From: Escherichia coli
GTDB lineage: Bacteria; Pseudomonadota; Gammaproteobacteria; Enterobacterales; Enterobacteriaceae
Reading direction: 5' to 3' (one strand)
DNA: 64,000 nt
NCBI RefSeq assembly: GCF_003334305.1
Contig: NZ_QOWS01000003.1
Below the pieces are notes generated by a model, which searched no databases, was not told the DNA's origin, and was given only the letters and a program-made list of their open reading frames with translations. A program made the position numbers and the translations under genes. Each line of letters starts with the position of its first letter. Within the stretch, counting starts at the first letter, position 1. Shown here in pieces: positions 38,934 through 53,263 of the stretch.

Positions 38934-40118
38934 ATGGAACAGACCTGGCGCTGGTACGGCCCAAACGATCCGGTTTCTTTAGCTGATGTCCGTCAGGCGG
39001 GCGCAACTGGCGTGGTTACCGCGCTGCACCATATCCCGAACGGCGAAGTATGGTCCGTAGAAGAGATCCTCAAACGCAAGGCGATCGTTGAAGACGCAGG
39101 CCTGGTGTGGTCTGTCGTAGAAAGCGTACCAATTCACGAAGATATCAAAACCCACACTGGCAACTATGAGCAGTGGATCGCTAACTATCAGCAGACTCTG
39201 CGCAACCTGGCGCAGTGCGGCATTCGCACCGTGTGCTACAACTTCATGCCGGTGCTCGACTGGACCCGTACTGACCTCGAATACGTGCTGCCAGACGGCT
39301 CCAAAGCTCTGCGCTTCGACCAGATCGAATTCGCTGCATTCGAAATGCATATCCTGAAACGTCCAGGCGCGGAAGCGGATTACACCGAAGAAGAAATTGC
39401 TCAGGCTGCTGTTCGCTTCGCCACTATGAGCGATGAAGACAAAGCGCGTCTGACGCGTAACATCATTGCCGGTCTGCCGGGCGCGGAAGAAGGGTATACC
39501 CTCGACCAGTTCCGTAAGCACCTGGAGCTGTACAAAGATATCGATAAAGCGAAGCTGCGCGAAAACTTTGCCGTCTTCCTGAAAGCGATTATTCCAGTTG
39601 CTGAAGAAGTTGGCGTGCGTATGGCGGTTCACCCGGACGATCCGCCGCGCCCGATCCTCGGCCTGCCGCGCATTGTTTCCACCATTGAAGATATGCAGTG
39701 GATGGTTGATACCGTAAACAGCATGGCGAACGGTTTCACCATGTGCACCGGTTCCTACGGCGTGCGTGCTGACAACGATCTGGTTGATATGATCAAGCAG
39801 TTCGGTCCGCGTATTTACTTCACCCATCTGCGCTCCACCATGCGTGAAGATAACCCGAAAACCTTCCACGAAGCGGCGCACCTGAACGGTGACGTTGATA
39901 TGTACGAAGTGGTGAAAGCGATTGTTGAAGAAGAACACCGTCGTAAAGCGGAAGGCAAAGAAGACCTGATCCCGATGCGTCCGGACCACGGTCATCAGAT
40001 GCTGGACGACCTGAAGAAGAAAACCAACCCAGGTTACTCCGCAATTGGTCGTCTGAAAGGCCTGGCCGAAGTTCGCGGTGTCGAACTGGCGATCCAGCGC
40101 GCTTTCTTTAGCCGTTAA
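38934..40118 (+). CDS. uxuA: D-mannonate dehydratase
   Basis: [40 protein letters not shown] ... (394 aa). Confidence 0.95.
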
Positions 40119-40198
40119 TATCCACCGGCATGGCTGCGCGCCGTGCCGGTTCCTTCTTCCTTGCCGTCACTCTCTGAAGACGGATTCTGGAGTTTACG

Positions 40199-41659
40199 AT
40201 GACTACTATTGTTGACAGCAATCTGCCGGTTGCCCGCCCGTCATGGGATCATTCTCGTCTGGAATCACGCATTGTGCATCTCGGTTGCGGGGCGTTTCAC
40301 CGCGCGCACCAGGCGCTGTATACCCATCATCTGCTGGAAAGCACCGACAGCGACTGGGGCATCTGCGAAGTTAACCTGATGCCAGGCAACGACCGCGTGC
40401 TGATCGAAAACCTGAAAAAACAGCAACTGCTGTACACCGTAGCGGAAAAAGGCGCAGAGAGCACCGAGCTGAAAATTATCGGTTCGATGAAAGAAGCGCT
40501 GCATCCGGAAATCGATGGCTGCGAAGGTATTCTCAACGCGATGGCGCGTCCGCAAACGGCGATTGTCTCTCTAACGGTCACGGAAAAAGGCTACTGCGCT
40601 GATGCGGCAAGCGGTCAACTGGATCTCAATAACCCGCTGATCAAGCACGATCTGGAAAACCCGACTGCGCCGAAGTCCGCGATTGGTTACATCGTCGAAG
40701 CCTTGCGTCTGCGTCGTGAAAAAGGGTTGAAAGCGTTTACGGTGATGTCCTGCGATAACGTGCGTGAAAACGGTCATGTGGCGAAGGTCGCGGTACTGGG
40801 GCTGGCTCAGGCGCGTGACCCGCAGCTGGCGGCATGGATTGAAGAAAATGTCACCTTCCCGTGCACCATGGTTGACCGCATCGTTCCGGCGGCGACGCCA
40901 GAAACCTTACAGGAAATTGCTGACCAGCTGGGTGTTTACGACCCGTGCGCCATTGCCTGCGAACCGTTCCGTCAGTGGGTGATTGAAGATAACTTCGTTA
41001 ATGGTCGCCCGGACTGGGATAAAGTGGGCGCACAGTTCGTTGCAGACGTTGTGCCGTTCGAAATGATGAAGCTGCGTATGCTGAACGGCAGCCACTCTTT
41101 TCTGGCGTACCTCGGTTACCTCGGCGGCTATGAAACCATTGCCGACACCATGACTAACCCGGCTTATCGCAAAGCGGCCTTTGCCCTGATGATGCAGGAA
41201 CAAGCGCCAACGCTGTCGATGCCGGAAGGTACAGACCTGAACGCCTATGCGACGCTGCTGATCGAGCGTTTCAGCAACCCGTCTCTGCGTCACCGTACCT
41301 GGCAGATTGCGATGGACGGCAGCCAGAAGTTACCGCAGCGTCTGCTGGACCCGGTGCGTCTGCACCTGCAAAACGGCGGCAGCTGGCGTCACCTGGCGCT
41401 GGGCGTGGCTGGCTGGATGCGTTACACCCAGGGCGTGGATGAGCAGGGTAATGCCATTGACGTGGTCGACCCGATGCTGGCGGAGTTCCAGAAGATCAAC
41501 GCGCAGTATCAGGGCGCAGACCGCGTGAAAGCGCTGCTGGGCCTGAGCGGTATTTTTGCCGATGATCTGCCGCAGAATGCCGACTTTGTTGGCGCAGTGA
41601 CGGCGGCATATCAGCAGCTGTGCGAACGCGGTGCGCGCGAGTGTGTGGCTGCGCTGTAA
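40199..41659 (+). CDS. uxuB: D-mannonate (fructuronate) oxidoreductase
   Basis: 486 aa starting MTTIVDSNLPVARPSWDHSRLESRIVHLGCGAFHRAHQALY; mannitol-dehydrogenase family. Confidence 0.95.
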   Translation: MTTIVDSNLPVARPSWDHSRLESRIVHLGCGAFHRAHQALYTHHLLESTDSDWGICEVNLMPGNDRVLIENLKKQQLLYTVAEKGAESTELKIIGSMKEALHPEIDGCEGILNAMARPQTAIVSLTVTEKGYCADAASGQLDLNNPLIKHDLENPTAPKSAIGYIVEALRLRREKGLKAFTVMSCDNVRENGHVAKVAVLGLAQARDPQLAAWIEENVTFPCTMVDRIVPAATPETLQEIADQLGVYDPCAIACEPFRQWVIEDNFVNGRPDWDKVGAQFVADVVPFEMMKLRMLNGSHSFLAYLGYLGGYETIADTMTNPAYRKAAFALMMQEQAPTLSMPEGTDLNAYATLLIERFSNPSLRHRTWQIAMDGSQKLPQRLLDPVRLHLQNGGSWRHLALGVAGWMRYTQGVDEQGNAIDVVDPMLAEFQKINAQYQGADRVKALLGLSGIFADDLPQNADFVGAVTAAYQQLCERGARECVAAL

Positions 41660-41683
41660 CTAACTGATTACCCTACAGACTTA

Positions 41684-41728
41684 CTGGTCAATCAAACTGA
41701 TATTTGGTTGACCAGTTTTCGTTTTTTT
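41684..41728 (+). terminator. Rho-independent terminator after uxuB
   Basis: Stem ctggtcaa / ttgaccag (41684-41715) followed by tttt cg ttttttt. Confidence 0.7.
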
Positions 41729-41801
41729 GCCCACCTGTACGTGCCAACTTCCAGTGCTAATGGTATAGTTTGAGATTAACGGGGGCCGTAAAATTGCCCG
41801 T

Positions 41802-41837
41802 TGTAGGCCGGATAAGGCGTTCACGCCGCATCCGGCA
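41802..41837. repeat. REP element
   Basis: gtaggccggataaggcgttcacgccgcatccggca. Confidence 0.7.
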
Positions 41838-41873
41838 AAAATTTGATTAACCGCACCTAACGGACACAACACC

Positions 41874-42647
41874 ATGAAATCTGCCACCTCTGCGCAAAGA
41901 CCTTACCAGGAAGTCGGGGCGATGATCCGCGATCTGATCATAAAGACGCCGTACAACCCTGGCGAACGGCTGCCGCCGGAGCGTGAAATTGCAGAAATGC
42001 TTGATGTCACGCGGACGGTGGTACGTGAAGCGCTGATCATGCTGGAGATCAAAGGGCTGGTGGAAGTGCGCCGGGGTGCCGGTATCTATGTTCTTGATAG
42101 CTCAGGCAGCCACAACACAGACAGTCCGGATGCCAACGTCTGCAATGATGCGGGTCCTTTTGAGCTGTTACAGGCGCGTCAGTTACTGGAAAGTAACATC
42201 GCCGAGTTTGCCGCCCTGCAGGCTACCCGCGAAGATATCGTCAAAATGCGTCAGGCATTGCAACTGGAAGAGCGTGAACTGGCTTCCAGTGCGCCGGGCA
42301 GCAGCGAAAGCGGTGACATGCAGTTCCATCTCGCTATTGCCGAAGCAACGCATAACAGCATGCTGGTGGAGCTGTTCCGTCAGTCCTGGCAGTGGCGGGA
42401 AAACAACCCAATGTGGATCCAGTTGCACAGCCATCTGGATGACAGCCTGTATCGCAAAGAGTGGTTGGGCGATCACAAACAGATCCTCGCCGCGTTAATC
42501 AAAAAAGATGCCCGAGCGGCGAAGCTGGCAATGTGGCAGCATCTGGAAAACGTTAAGCAACGTCTGCTGGAATTCTCGAACGTTGACGATATTTATTTTG
42601 ACGGCTATCTGTTTGATTCATGGCCGCTGGATAAAGTCGACGCCTGA
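41874..42647 (+). CDS. uxuR: GntR-family transcriptional repressor of hexuronate genes
   Basis: 257 aa starting MKSATSAQRPYQEVGAMIRDLIIKTPYNPGERLPPEREIAEMLDVTRTVVREAL (winged HTH) with an FCD effector domain. Confidence 0.95.
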   Translation: MKSATSAQRPYQEVGAMIRDLIIKTPYNPGERLPPEREIAEMLDVTRTVVREALIMLEIKGLVEVRRGAGIYVLDSSGSHNTDSPDANVCNDAGPFELLQARQLLESNIAEFAALQATREDIVKMRQALQLEERELASSAPGSSESGDMQFHLAIAEATHNSMLVELFRQSWQWRENNPMWIQLHSHLDDSLYRKEWLGDHKQILAALIKKDARAAKLAMWQHLENVKQRLLEFSNVDDIYFDGYLFDSWPLDKVDA

Positions 42648-42660
42648 CTTATTATAATAA

Positions 42661-42691
42661 GCGCAAGGGTAAACGTTCCTTGCGCTTTCTT
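42661..42691. terminator. Hairpin terminator between convergent uxuR and yjiC
   Basis: gcgcaagg / ccttgcgc stem with a 9-nt loop followed by tttctt. Confidence 0.5.
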
Positions 42692-42787
42692 AAATTAAGA
42701 AGTCGCAATGAGTATTACTTTGTAAATTGCAGGGTATTGTTTAAATATCTGTATAACCTGAATATTAGTACTCATTCTTCTCAGTGG

Positions 42788-43618
42788 CTATTTACCAATA
42801 TAATTCCATTCACCATTTTTTAATTCAAACAGTTCTGGAAGAGATGACGGTTGCAGAGTCATGCGTTTGAGTGGCGCATCTTCATCACCGGGGATAACGT
42901 TATATCCCATTTTTGCATGGATCTCCGCGGTACCGGGATAGGCTTCTATACCAATTATTGGGTCATTTCCCATTCCAATATTAGCATTAAGTAATGCGGC
43001 AAGGGCGAATCCGGAAGAATTTGCTACCCCTGAGACAGTTATTATCTGATCAATATAGATATCAATTCTTGGCTGCTCATTGGTCCATCTTTTTGCCTGA
43101 GAAACTGGAAGGGTTGAAATATATCCTATCGTGGTTCCGGCGTAACCTGGAACATTGCAACCAGGGCCTAATGTTATTTCATGAACTGTATAGTCCTCAA
43201 CAGGATCGAAAGGGCTCTTCATAAATAAATTTAGCCGTAAACCTTCTGCTAATTCTGTAGCAGCATGCGCCTTTTTACATATACCACCATATATTTCGTC
43301 TAAAGCTGAGGTGATTTTCAAGTTTCGATAGAGCATACGTCCTGTTGTTGTAATACCATCGGATTCTCTGCATGCTTCTGTCACATAATTAAATGGCCAG
43401 GACTCTTTACTAATATCAAGTTTTCTAATTTCGACAACGCTTTTTCCATCGTAATTATGGTTATTGCCACGAGCAAGAGGCAGAAGATAGATATTTTCCG
43501 TATCCAGGCGAGCTCGTTCATATTTACGTGTTAACTCATTGTCGACTTTTGGGTGATGAAGGAAGTGATTATCTGTAATAATTTGACTCTGAAGGGCATT
43601 GCTTAATGGCATAGACAT
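42788..43618 (-). CDS. yjiC: Uncharacterised protein YjiC
   Basis: 276-aa ORF starting MSMPLSNALQSQIITDNHFLHH; position matches remembered K-12 yjiC. Confidence 0.8.
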   Translation of the reverse strand: MSMPLSNALQSQIITDNHFLHHPKVDNELTRKYERARLDTENIYLLPLARGNNHNYDGKSVVEIRKLDISKESWPFNYVTEACRESDGITTTGRMLYRNLKITSALDEIYGGICKKAHAATELAEGLRLNLFMKSPFDPVEDYTVHEITLGPGCNVPGYAGTTIGYISTLPVSQAKRWTNEQPRIDIYIDQIITVSGVANSSGFALAALLNANIGMGNDPIIGIEAYPGTAEIHAKMGYNVIPGDEDAPLKRMTLQPSSLPELFELKNGEWNYIGK

Positions 43619-44290
43619 AATAGTTACCTTTTAGGAGTATTTCACTGATGTTTAGAAAAATAGATAAATTTTTCTGTAGTAAAAAGAGAAGTAAACAAAT
43701 GACATGCATGTTTCTGTTGTAGTGATATCAACTCTACACGGTGATATTAAAGGGTAGGAAACACTCTAAAGTATCAAAAAACGCTCATTTGAAATTATTT
43801 TCATGCAATTAAAAAGCATATCTTATTACTAATTGGAATTTGATGTTGCTATATTGATGTCTATATTAATAATGCCTGTGAATGGTATTTTTGATGTATT
43901 TGATATGTTATCAATTTATATTATTTACAAACTAATTGTTTCAAATAATACATGGCTGATTATGCGGAAATAAATAATTTCCCACCGGAATTAAGTAGCA
44001 GCGGTGACAAGTATTTTCATCTACGTAACTATTCGGAATATTCAGAATATACTAGCGGTTTTTTTTTGAGTTTGATGATTTTTATCAAATCATGACTTTT
44101 TTCCTGAAAAGTCAGTAGATATTCATAGGCAAGTAAGGTTTTATACTTTGCTGACAGGATTCAGGCCTGTCTCAGACTGACATGGATGTAATGAACAAAA
44201 GGGAATGGCTATGGAAAATGAGCATCAATACAGTGGTGCCCGGTGTTCAGGGCAAGCCGCATATGTTGCTAAACGTCAGGAGTGCGCAAA

Positions 44291-44683
44291 ATGATGCGCC
44301 AATCACTTCAGGCTGTTTTACCTGAAATTTCAGGCAATAAAACGTCATTGCTGCGTAAATCGGTATGCAGCGATCTCCTCACTCTTTTTAATTCTCCTCA
44401 TTCGGCATTACCGTCATTACTTGTTTCAGGCATGCCAGAGTGGCAAGTGCATAACCAGAGCGACAAACATCTCCAGAGCTGGTATTGCCGTCAGCTGCGT
44501 TCTGCACTGTTATTTCATGAGCCACGGATTGCGGCGTTGCAGGTTAATTTTAAAGAAGCGTACTGCCACACTCTGGCGATCAGCCTTGAGATAATGCTGT
44601 ACCACGACGGTGAACCGCTAACGTTTGATCTGGTCTGGGATAATGGCGGTTGGTGTAGTGCGATGCTGGAGAATGTCAGCTAA
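44291..44683 (+). CDS. iraD: Anti-adapter protein IraD (inhibits RssB-mediated RpoS degradation)
   Basis: [30 protein letters not shown] ... (130 aa), preceded by a long AT-rich leader region. Confidence 0.88.
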   Translation: MMRQSLQAVLPEISGNKTSLLRKSVCSDLLTLFNSPHSALPSLLVSGMPEWQVHNQSDKHLQSWYCRQLRSALLFHEPRIAALQVNFKEAYCHTLAISLEIMLYHDGEPLTFDLVWDNGGWCSAMLENVS

Positions 44684-45587
44684 GCACAATCTCCAGCTCG
44701 CGCAGTTCACGCCAGAAGCGTTCGGCAACTGGATTCATGCGGGTATTCATTCGGTATGCATAGGCCTGAATCGGGATCACCAGTTCGTCCCGATTCAGTA
44801 CAACGAGCTTCCCGCTGCGAATTTCTTGTTGGATGGCGTACTCCGGCAGCCAGGCAATCCCACAGCCGTCGAGGGCAACCTGCTTTAAAAGCTCGCTCAT
44901 CGAAGAGACAAAAAAGGTGCTGAAACTTAACTCACTGTGGCGCGTCAGGGTGCGATTAATCAATCGCCCCATGTAGGAGTTGCGGCTGTAATTCAGTAAC
45001 GGAAAGTGTGGCTGCGCGAGGTTAAAAAGTGCTTCTCCGTGTTCGTCACTGGCGCAGACAGGGAACAATTGAGATTCAAATAAGCGAATGTGGTCAAACG
45101 GCGCTTCCAGCAAATCTTCGTCGTGAAAGGAAAAAATACAGTCACTTTGCCCTTCACGCAGTTTATCGACCGCTTCATCGACATCAATAGCTTCAATTGC
45201 CCAGGTAAAGAGCGGCGGCATCTGGCTGATAATGGACGGTAACAGCCCGAGGGAAAGAGAGTGTGCAGCGGCTATCTTGATTTTTCGTTGCGCGTAATCG
45301 CTGCCGCCACGCAGCTCTGCCAGATTGCTCTCTAACTGTTGCAACAGATGGCGGATCTGCGAATGGAAGATTTTCCCTTGTTCTGAGAGTTGCAGCGGCG
45401 TTACCTGGCGGTTAAACAATTCAACACCAATCGCCTGTTCCAGCGCACGGATGCGGCGGCTGAATGCCGGTTGCGAGACGTTGCGACTGACTGCCGCCTG
45501 GGAAAAATTGCGGCATTTTTCCAGGGTCAGAAAATCATAAAGCCATTTGGTTTCAATATTATGCAAAATCGCACCACAGTCATCCAT
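44676..45587 (-). CDS. hypT: LysR-family transcriptional regulator HypT (YjiE)
   Basis: 303 aa; N-terminal [34 protein letters not shown] and a LysR substrate-binding domain. Confidence 0.9.
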   Translation of the reverse strand: MDDCGAILHNIETKWLYDFLTLEKCRNFSQAAVSRNVSQPAFSRRIRALEQAIGVELFNRQVTPLQLSEQGKIFHSQIRHLLQQLESNLAELRGGSDYAQRKIKIAAAHSLSLGLLPSIISQMPPLFTWAIEAIDVDEAVDKLREGQSDCIFSFHDEDLLEAPFDHIRLFESQLFPVCASDEHGEALFNLAQPHFPLLNYSRNSYMGRLINRTLTRHSELSFSTFFVSSMSELLKQVALDGCGIAWLPEYAIQQEIRSGKLVVLNRDELVIPIQAYAYRMNTRMNPVAERFWRELRELEIVLS

Positions 45588-45651
45588 TACGTTTTACTCT
45601 GTCAGCCGCCCTTGCGGGCATTCTACGTCCATTCGGGCGGCTGACAACCGT

Positions 45652-46824
45652 TTAAGCCGTTTCAAACGTTCCATTCACGCAGGCTTTGCCGTCTTTGACC
45701 ATCAGTTTGCCGCGAGCGTATACCTGCTCAATGCGCAGTTCTGGCGTCATGACCAGCAAGTCAGCATCATTGCCTGGCAGAATTTCGCCTTTCCCGGTCA
45801 GGTTAAGGAAACCGGCTACGCTACTGGTGAGCGGGCGCAGGGCATCGCTGATACTGAAATCATAGTCTTTGACCAGCACCTGCACGGTTTCCAGCAACGT
45901 TTCAAAACCGGCAACACCGATATGGGTTAAATTCCCTTCGTCATCGAAGAACGGCTGGCTACCGTTGCCGTCGGAGCTGAGGGTGACGCGTGCCAGCGGA
46001 ATACCCGCCTGAACGGCGCGGGCAATACCTTCGGCAGGGGCGACCGGTTCGTCAATGCTGCTGGTGATATCGATAGTGCCGCCTTTGCGCGCGAACTCCA
46101 GCGCCTGCTCAAACAACGGAACGTTGCGGTTAACGTGGGTCGGCAGCAACTTGCTGATCGGCACATCGCAGTTTTCCAGCAGGTCATAGACAGGCTGTAA
46201 CGCCTTTTTGCTGTCGCCCATGTGGAACACGGTGACGCCAGGTTTACCGCCGAGCAAACCGCCAACGCGGGATTCCGCCGCCATATTAGCCAGGTGATAA
46301 ACGTCCGGTGCGGCAGAACGGTGATCAGAGATGGCGCATTTCACGCCAATCACACGATCGATAATCGCCACGTCTTTTTCCACGGAACCTGTAATGGTGC
46401 GGGAAGGGACATGATAAGCGCCGGTCAGCATCCAGGCGCTGATGCCTTCTTCATTGAGCGCACGGGTCTTGGCGAGCAGGGATTCCGGGTGGCGAGAGAT
46501 AGAGTCGGTGCCCAGCAGACCAACCACTGACGTGACGCCCGCTTCCGTCAGGCGACTTAGCGCCACTTCTGGCGTGCGCGTCGTGGGACCTGCTTCGCCG
46601 CCACCACCAATCAAATGGACGTGTTGATCAATAAAACCAGGACAGAGGATCTGCCCGCTGAGATCGACAACCGTGCAGTCCGGTACAATGTCAGAAGGGA
46701 TATTGCTGGCAACGGCGATAATTTTGCCGTTAGCGACGAGGACATCGCAAATTCCCCGATCTTCCGGCGCATACAAATGCGCTCCCTGCAGCAGGGTAAA
46801 ACCGGCTGCGGTATAATCAATCAT
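45652..46824 (-). CDS. iadA: Isoaspartyl dipeptidase
   Basis: 390-aa amidohydrolase with the GFIDQHVHLIGGGGE metal-binding motif. Confidence 0.92.
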   Translation of the reverse strand: MIDYTAAGFTLLQGAHLYAPEDRGICDVLVANGKIIAVASNIPSDIVPDCTVVDLSGQILCPGFIDQHVHLIGGGGEAGPTTRTPEVALSRLTEAGVTSVVGLLGTDSISRHPESLLAKTRALNEEGISAWMLTGAYHVPSRTITGSVEKDVAIIDRVIGVKCAISDHRSAAPDVYHLANMAAESRVGGLLGGKPGVTVFHMGDSKKALQPVYDLLENCDVPISKLLPTHVNRNVPLFEQALEFARKGGTIDITSSIDEPVAPAEGIARAVQAGIPLARVTLSSDGNGSQPFFDDEGNLTHIGVAGFETLLETVQVLVKDYDFSISDALRPLTSSVAGFLNLTGKGEILPGNDADLLVMTPELRIEQVYARGKLMVKDGKACVNGTFETA

Positions 46825-46836
46825 GGTAACTCCTTG

Positions 46837-47298
46837 TTAAACAATAAGCTGCATAACCCAGATCGACAGCAATGCGTTAATCACGCAGACCGTAATGATA
46901 TGCGGGTAATATTTGGCATTCACTTCGGCTGTCCCCAGGCAGCGACCGACATTTTGCACCGGGTTGCCCATTAAATACATCGCGGGCAGTAAAACGGTGA
47001 CATCGTGACCGGTTAATGCGCCGGCGGTCGCCAGACTGGCGGCAACACCGACTGCGCCGCCCATACTCATTAATGCGGCTAAAAGGACGGTTGCCGCTTC
47101 ACCGGGTAATCCCCACAGCGCCATTACGGGTTCACAGATATGCCCCACCCAGTCGAGCAGGCCGGTAATTTTCAGCGCCTGAATGATGACAAACGCCATC
47201 ACCACGTTTGGCAGCAGGTTGGTCGTGGCGATAGTAAAGCCACGGCGCGCGCCATCGATAAACATATCCATGACGTTTTTGCGGACCTGAGTTGTCAT
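46837..47298 (-). CDS. yjiG: Inner-membrane protein YjiG
   Basis: 153-aa hydrophobic ORF; ATGA overlap with yjiH. Confidence 0.85.
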   Translation of the reverse strand: MTTQVRKNVMDMFIDGARRGFTIATTNLLPNVVMAFVIIQALKITGLLDWVGHICEPVMALWGLPGEAATVLLAALMSMGGAVGVAASLATAGALTGHDVTVLLPAMYLMGNPVQNVGRCLGTAEVNAKYYPHIITVCVINALLSIWVMQLIV

Positions 47299-47978
47299 GC
47301 TTGCGCTCCTTGCGTTGGGTTGCGACGTTCTTCGAAGTTAAGCCAGACGCGCAAAATGTTGGCTCCGACAAATTTAAACACCAGGATGACGGCTAAAGGT
47401 ACGATTACGGACGTGCCCAGAAAGGCGAACACCGCGACGCCGGAAGAGAAGTAGTTGGTGATGATGGCGCTACCGCTGGTTTGATATGCGGCGAAAATCA
47501 CTTTATCGCGTTCGGTAATTTCCCCTTCCTGCGCCAGCTCTTTGGTCATACCGGCGGCGGCATCAGTGTTTTGCAGGTTAGCGATCAGCGCCAGCGAGCA
47601 GATCCCTGGAATGCCCAACAACGGTTTTAGCACAGGCGTCATTAACTGCTGCGCGGCGCGTAATCCACCAAGACCATCGGTAATTGAAATAATCCCCAGA
47701 GAGAGAATGACTGACGGTGCCAGCTCCAGCGCAAAGAGAAAGCCATCTTTAGCCCCCGCGCCACCCGCCCCGCGAAATGAGGTGGTGGCTCCATTCGCAC
47801 CAGGCAGTTGCCCAAACGATCCGTTCAGAACGGAAAAATCAAAAACGCGCCACCAGCTGTCTGTCCCGGAAAAAACTCCGGAAAAAAAGATTATGGTGAG
47901 AAAAAAAGCCAGATACCCTTTAATGCCCACTTTTTCTGTCGCCAGCTCCCCGGCTACAGCATCCCCTTGTTGTGTCAT
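47295..47978 (-). CDS. yjiH: Inner-membrane protein YjiH
   Basis: About 227-aa membrane protein from MTQQGDAVAGE; forms an operon with yjiG. Confidence 0.85.
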   Translation of the reverse strand: MTQQGDAVAGELATEKVGIKGYLAFFLTIIFFSGVFSGTDSWWRVFDFSVLNGSFGQLPGANGATTSFRGAGGAGAKDGFLFALELAPSVILSLGIISITDGLGGLRAAQQLMTPVLKPLLGIPGICSLALIANLQNTDAAAGMTKELAQEGEITERDKVIFAAYQTSGSAIITNYFSSGVAVFAFLGTSVIVPLAVILVFKFVGANILRVWLNFEERRNPTQGAQA

Positions 47979-48227
47979 AACAATCCCCATTGTTTTTTTG
48001 TGTTTGTGTGTTGCTTGAGCCAGGAAAATTCCTGGAGCTGAAAAACCTTATCAGCCATGTGGGTATGGGGAAAATGCAAGTATGTTTCTTGCTATGCGTT
48101 TTTTGCATAGCGGAAAAATTACGCTGTGTAGAAAAGGCTCTGCGCAGGATTGAGTTGCAGAAAATTCATAAACCCAGTGACAATGACATCAGTAAATAAA
48201 AACAGAAAATCCAGGGACGAAAACGCG

Positions 48228-48782
48228 ATGGCAAAGTACAACGAAAAAGAGTTGGCGGATACGAGCAAGTTTTTAAGTTTTGTCCTCCGACACAAACCGG
48301 AGGCGATTGGTATCGTACTTGACCGTGAAGGATGGGCGGATATCGATAAGCTCATACTTTGTGCCCAAAAAGCGGGCAAGCGGTTAACCCGTGCATTGCT
48401 GGATACTGTGGTTGCCACCAGCGATAAAAAGCGTTTTAGTCATTCCAGTGATGGTAGGTGCATCCGCGCGGTTCAGGGGCATTCGACTTCGCAGGTCGCC
48501 ATTTCCTTTGCCGAAAAAACACCGCCACAGTTTCTCTACCACGGTACGGCAAGCCGTTTCCTTGACGAGATAAAAAAACAGGGGCTGATTGCAGGGGAGC
48601 GTCATTACGTACATCTCTCTGCTGATGAAGCAACGGCACGCAAAGTGGGAGCAAGACACGGATCGCCGGTTATCTTAACCGTCAAAGCACAGGAAATGGC
48701 GAAACGAGGCATCCCTTTCTGGCAAGCGGAAAACGGGGTCTGGCTGACATCAACGGTTGCTGTTGAGTTTCTTGAGTGGTAA
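48228..48782 (+). CDS. kptA: RNA 2'-phosphotransferase (Tpt1 family)
   Basis: [42 protein letters not shown] ... (184 aa). Confidence 0.92.
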   Translation: MAKYNEKELADTSKFLSFVLRHKPEAIGIVLDREGWADIDKLILCAQKAGKRLTRALLDTVVATSDKKRFSHSSDGRCIRAVQGHSTSQVAISFAEKTPPQFLYHGTASRFLDEIKKQGLIAGERHYVHLSADEATARKVGARHGSPVILTVKAQEMAKRGIPFWQAENGVWLTSTVAVEFLEW

Positions 48783-48794
48783 GGGAAACACTCC

Positions 48795-49973
48795 TCATGA
48801 AGTGACCACTTGCAGCTTAAATAATTGTACTGTGCTGATAAGCGCAGCAATAAACAACGCCGCCGCGCCGCAGAGAGTGGCGCCGGCAAGCGCCGATGTT
48901 CCATTGCCGAGCATACTGGTCAGCGCCGGGCCGAGGATTTGTCCAATGCCGTAAATGAGCGTCACAAAGCCTAAAAGATTGAGATTTCCCGGAACGCTCA
49001 GTTGGCGGGCGATAGTCATCACCAGAGATGTCGTGCCCATAAAGGTACCGCCAAAACCGATACTACTAATGATAAGCAAGAGAGGAGAGTCGCTGGCGAG
49101 AGTAAGCAGCACACTGATAGCCTGCACCAGCAAATTCGCCGTCAGGCAAGGCAAAGCCCCCCAACGTTTTGCTGCCCATAGCCAGCCAAAGCAGCCTGGC
49201 ACAATTGATAAGCCGACTAACGTCCAGAGATGGGCGGTTAACAATGGTGAGCCTGCATCTTTCGCCATGAGCGGCAGGTAAGTCGCGACGATGATATAAC
49301 CAAATCCCGCAAGGCCGTACAGAATAGCCAGTAACCACCAGCTCATTATCTGTTGCTCCGTTTTTGCCAATGGCATTGGTGCGATGGCGTGTTTTTTCGA
49401 GGGCATTAAAAGCGTAAGTGCAATCAGCATCATGCCAGAAAGCGCCCCGGCGCCTTGCCATAACGTTTGCGAGGAGAAGGCAAAATGCAGGCCTGCCAGA
49501 ACATATTCGTTGCCCAGTGCAATGCCAATGCCAACGCCAGAAAACAAAGCTGCCAGCACAAAAGGATGGCGCGTGTGCTGCATAATCAGCGTCGAACCAA
49601 AAATCAGCATACCGGCGCTGGCGACACCCGCCAGGAAGCGAATCAATAACACCAGAATAAATGGCGGCAACCATGCCATTGCGAGGATCAACAACCCGCT
49701 CGCCAGGGCAGAAACCAACAGTAATGGGCGCAGGCGCGACGGCTGGTGAAATGCGCCAAACGAAAATAGCAGACTGCCAGCCAGATACCCCGCATAGTTG
49801 CCGCTGGCAATCCACGAGAGCTGGCTAAATGAAAACGCCCCTTCCGCCATCATGACGGGCAACATAGGCGTATAAAGGAAGCGACCTAATCCCATACCTA
49901 AGGTCAGAACCAGCATCCCGAAAAGCGCGGTGCTGAAAGAAAAGCGTTCTACGGGATGCGAGGACGAAGGCAT
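48795..49973 (-). CDS. yjiJ: MFS-family transporter YjiJ
   Basis: 392-aa polytopic membrane protein. Confidence 0.85.
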   Translation of the reverse strand: MPSSSHPVERFSFSTALFGMLVLTLGMGLGRFLYTPMLPVMMAEGAFSFSQLSWIASGNYAGYLAGSLLFSFGAFHQPSRLRPLLLVSALASGLLILAMAWLPPFILVLLIRFLAGVASAGMLIFGSTLIMQHTRHPFVLAALFSGVGIGIALGNEYVLAGLHFAFSSQTLWQGAGALSGMMLIALTLLMPSKKHAIAPMPLAKTEQQIMSWWLLAILYGLAGFGYIIVATYLPLMAKDAGSPLLTAHLWTLVGLSIVPGCFGWLWAAKRWGALPCLTANLLVQAISVLLTLASDSPLLLIISSIGFGGTFMGTTSLVMTIARQLSVPGNLNLLGFVTLIYGIGQILGPALTSMLGNGTSALAGATLCGAAALFIAALISTVQLFKLQVVTS

Positions 49974-50040
49974 GTTTAACCTTGTATGTCATTTTTGTTG
50001 TTAACAAGTTAATAACAAAAAGGTGAAATATGCCAGCCTG

Positions 50041-51048
<1,008 letters not shown>

Positions 51049-51219
51049 TCACCCATTGTATTTCCTCGCCGGGGGGACAGGTCAGCCAAATGCATAACCC
51101 GCAGCCGCCGCGTAAATCACGGGGAATATCGCTGACGCGAAAAGTCATGCCCGCTGCCTGCAACGCCTTGCGGGTTTGTATGACGCCGACCGTGGAGTGA
51201 AATAAAAATAAAAACTCTT

Positions 51220-53148
<1,929 letters not shown>

Positions 53149-53263
53149 GATTTTCCTTCCCCGTACCACGGGAGATAATGAAAAGAGGCCACATTATTAC
53201 CATTCTTTTAGTGTGGTTTATTTGATCTCTCTCGCGGTTAGCTACTTAGTTTTTCATGGATTT

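Noticed and set aside
38979-39995. 338-aa ORF on the minus strand antisense to uxuA
   Set aside because: Lies entirely within the well-supported uxuA coding sequence on the opposite strand; arginine- and valine-rich composition typical of an antisense frame in GC-rich coding DNA.
49066-49815. 249-aa ORF in another minus-strand frame inside yjiJ, plus other internal ORFs (for example 1242-1856, 10757-11038, 12507-12884, 46222-46530)
   Set aside because: All nested in or antisense to longer ORFs with recognisable products; no start-site or motif support.
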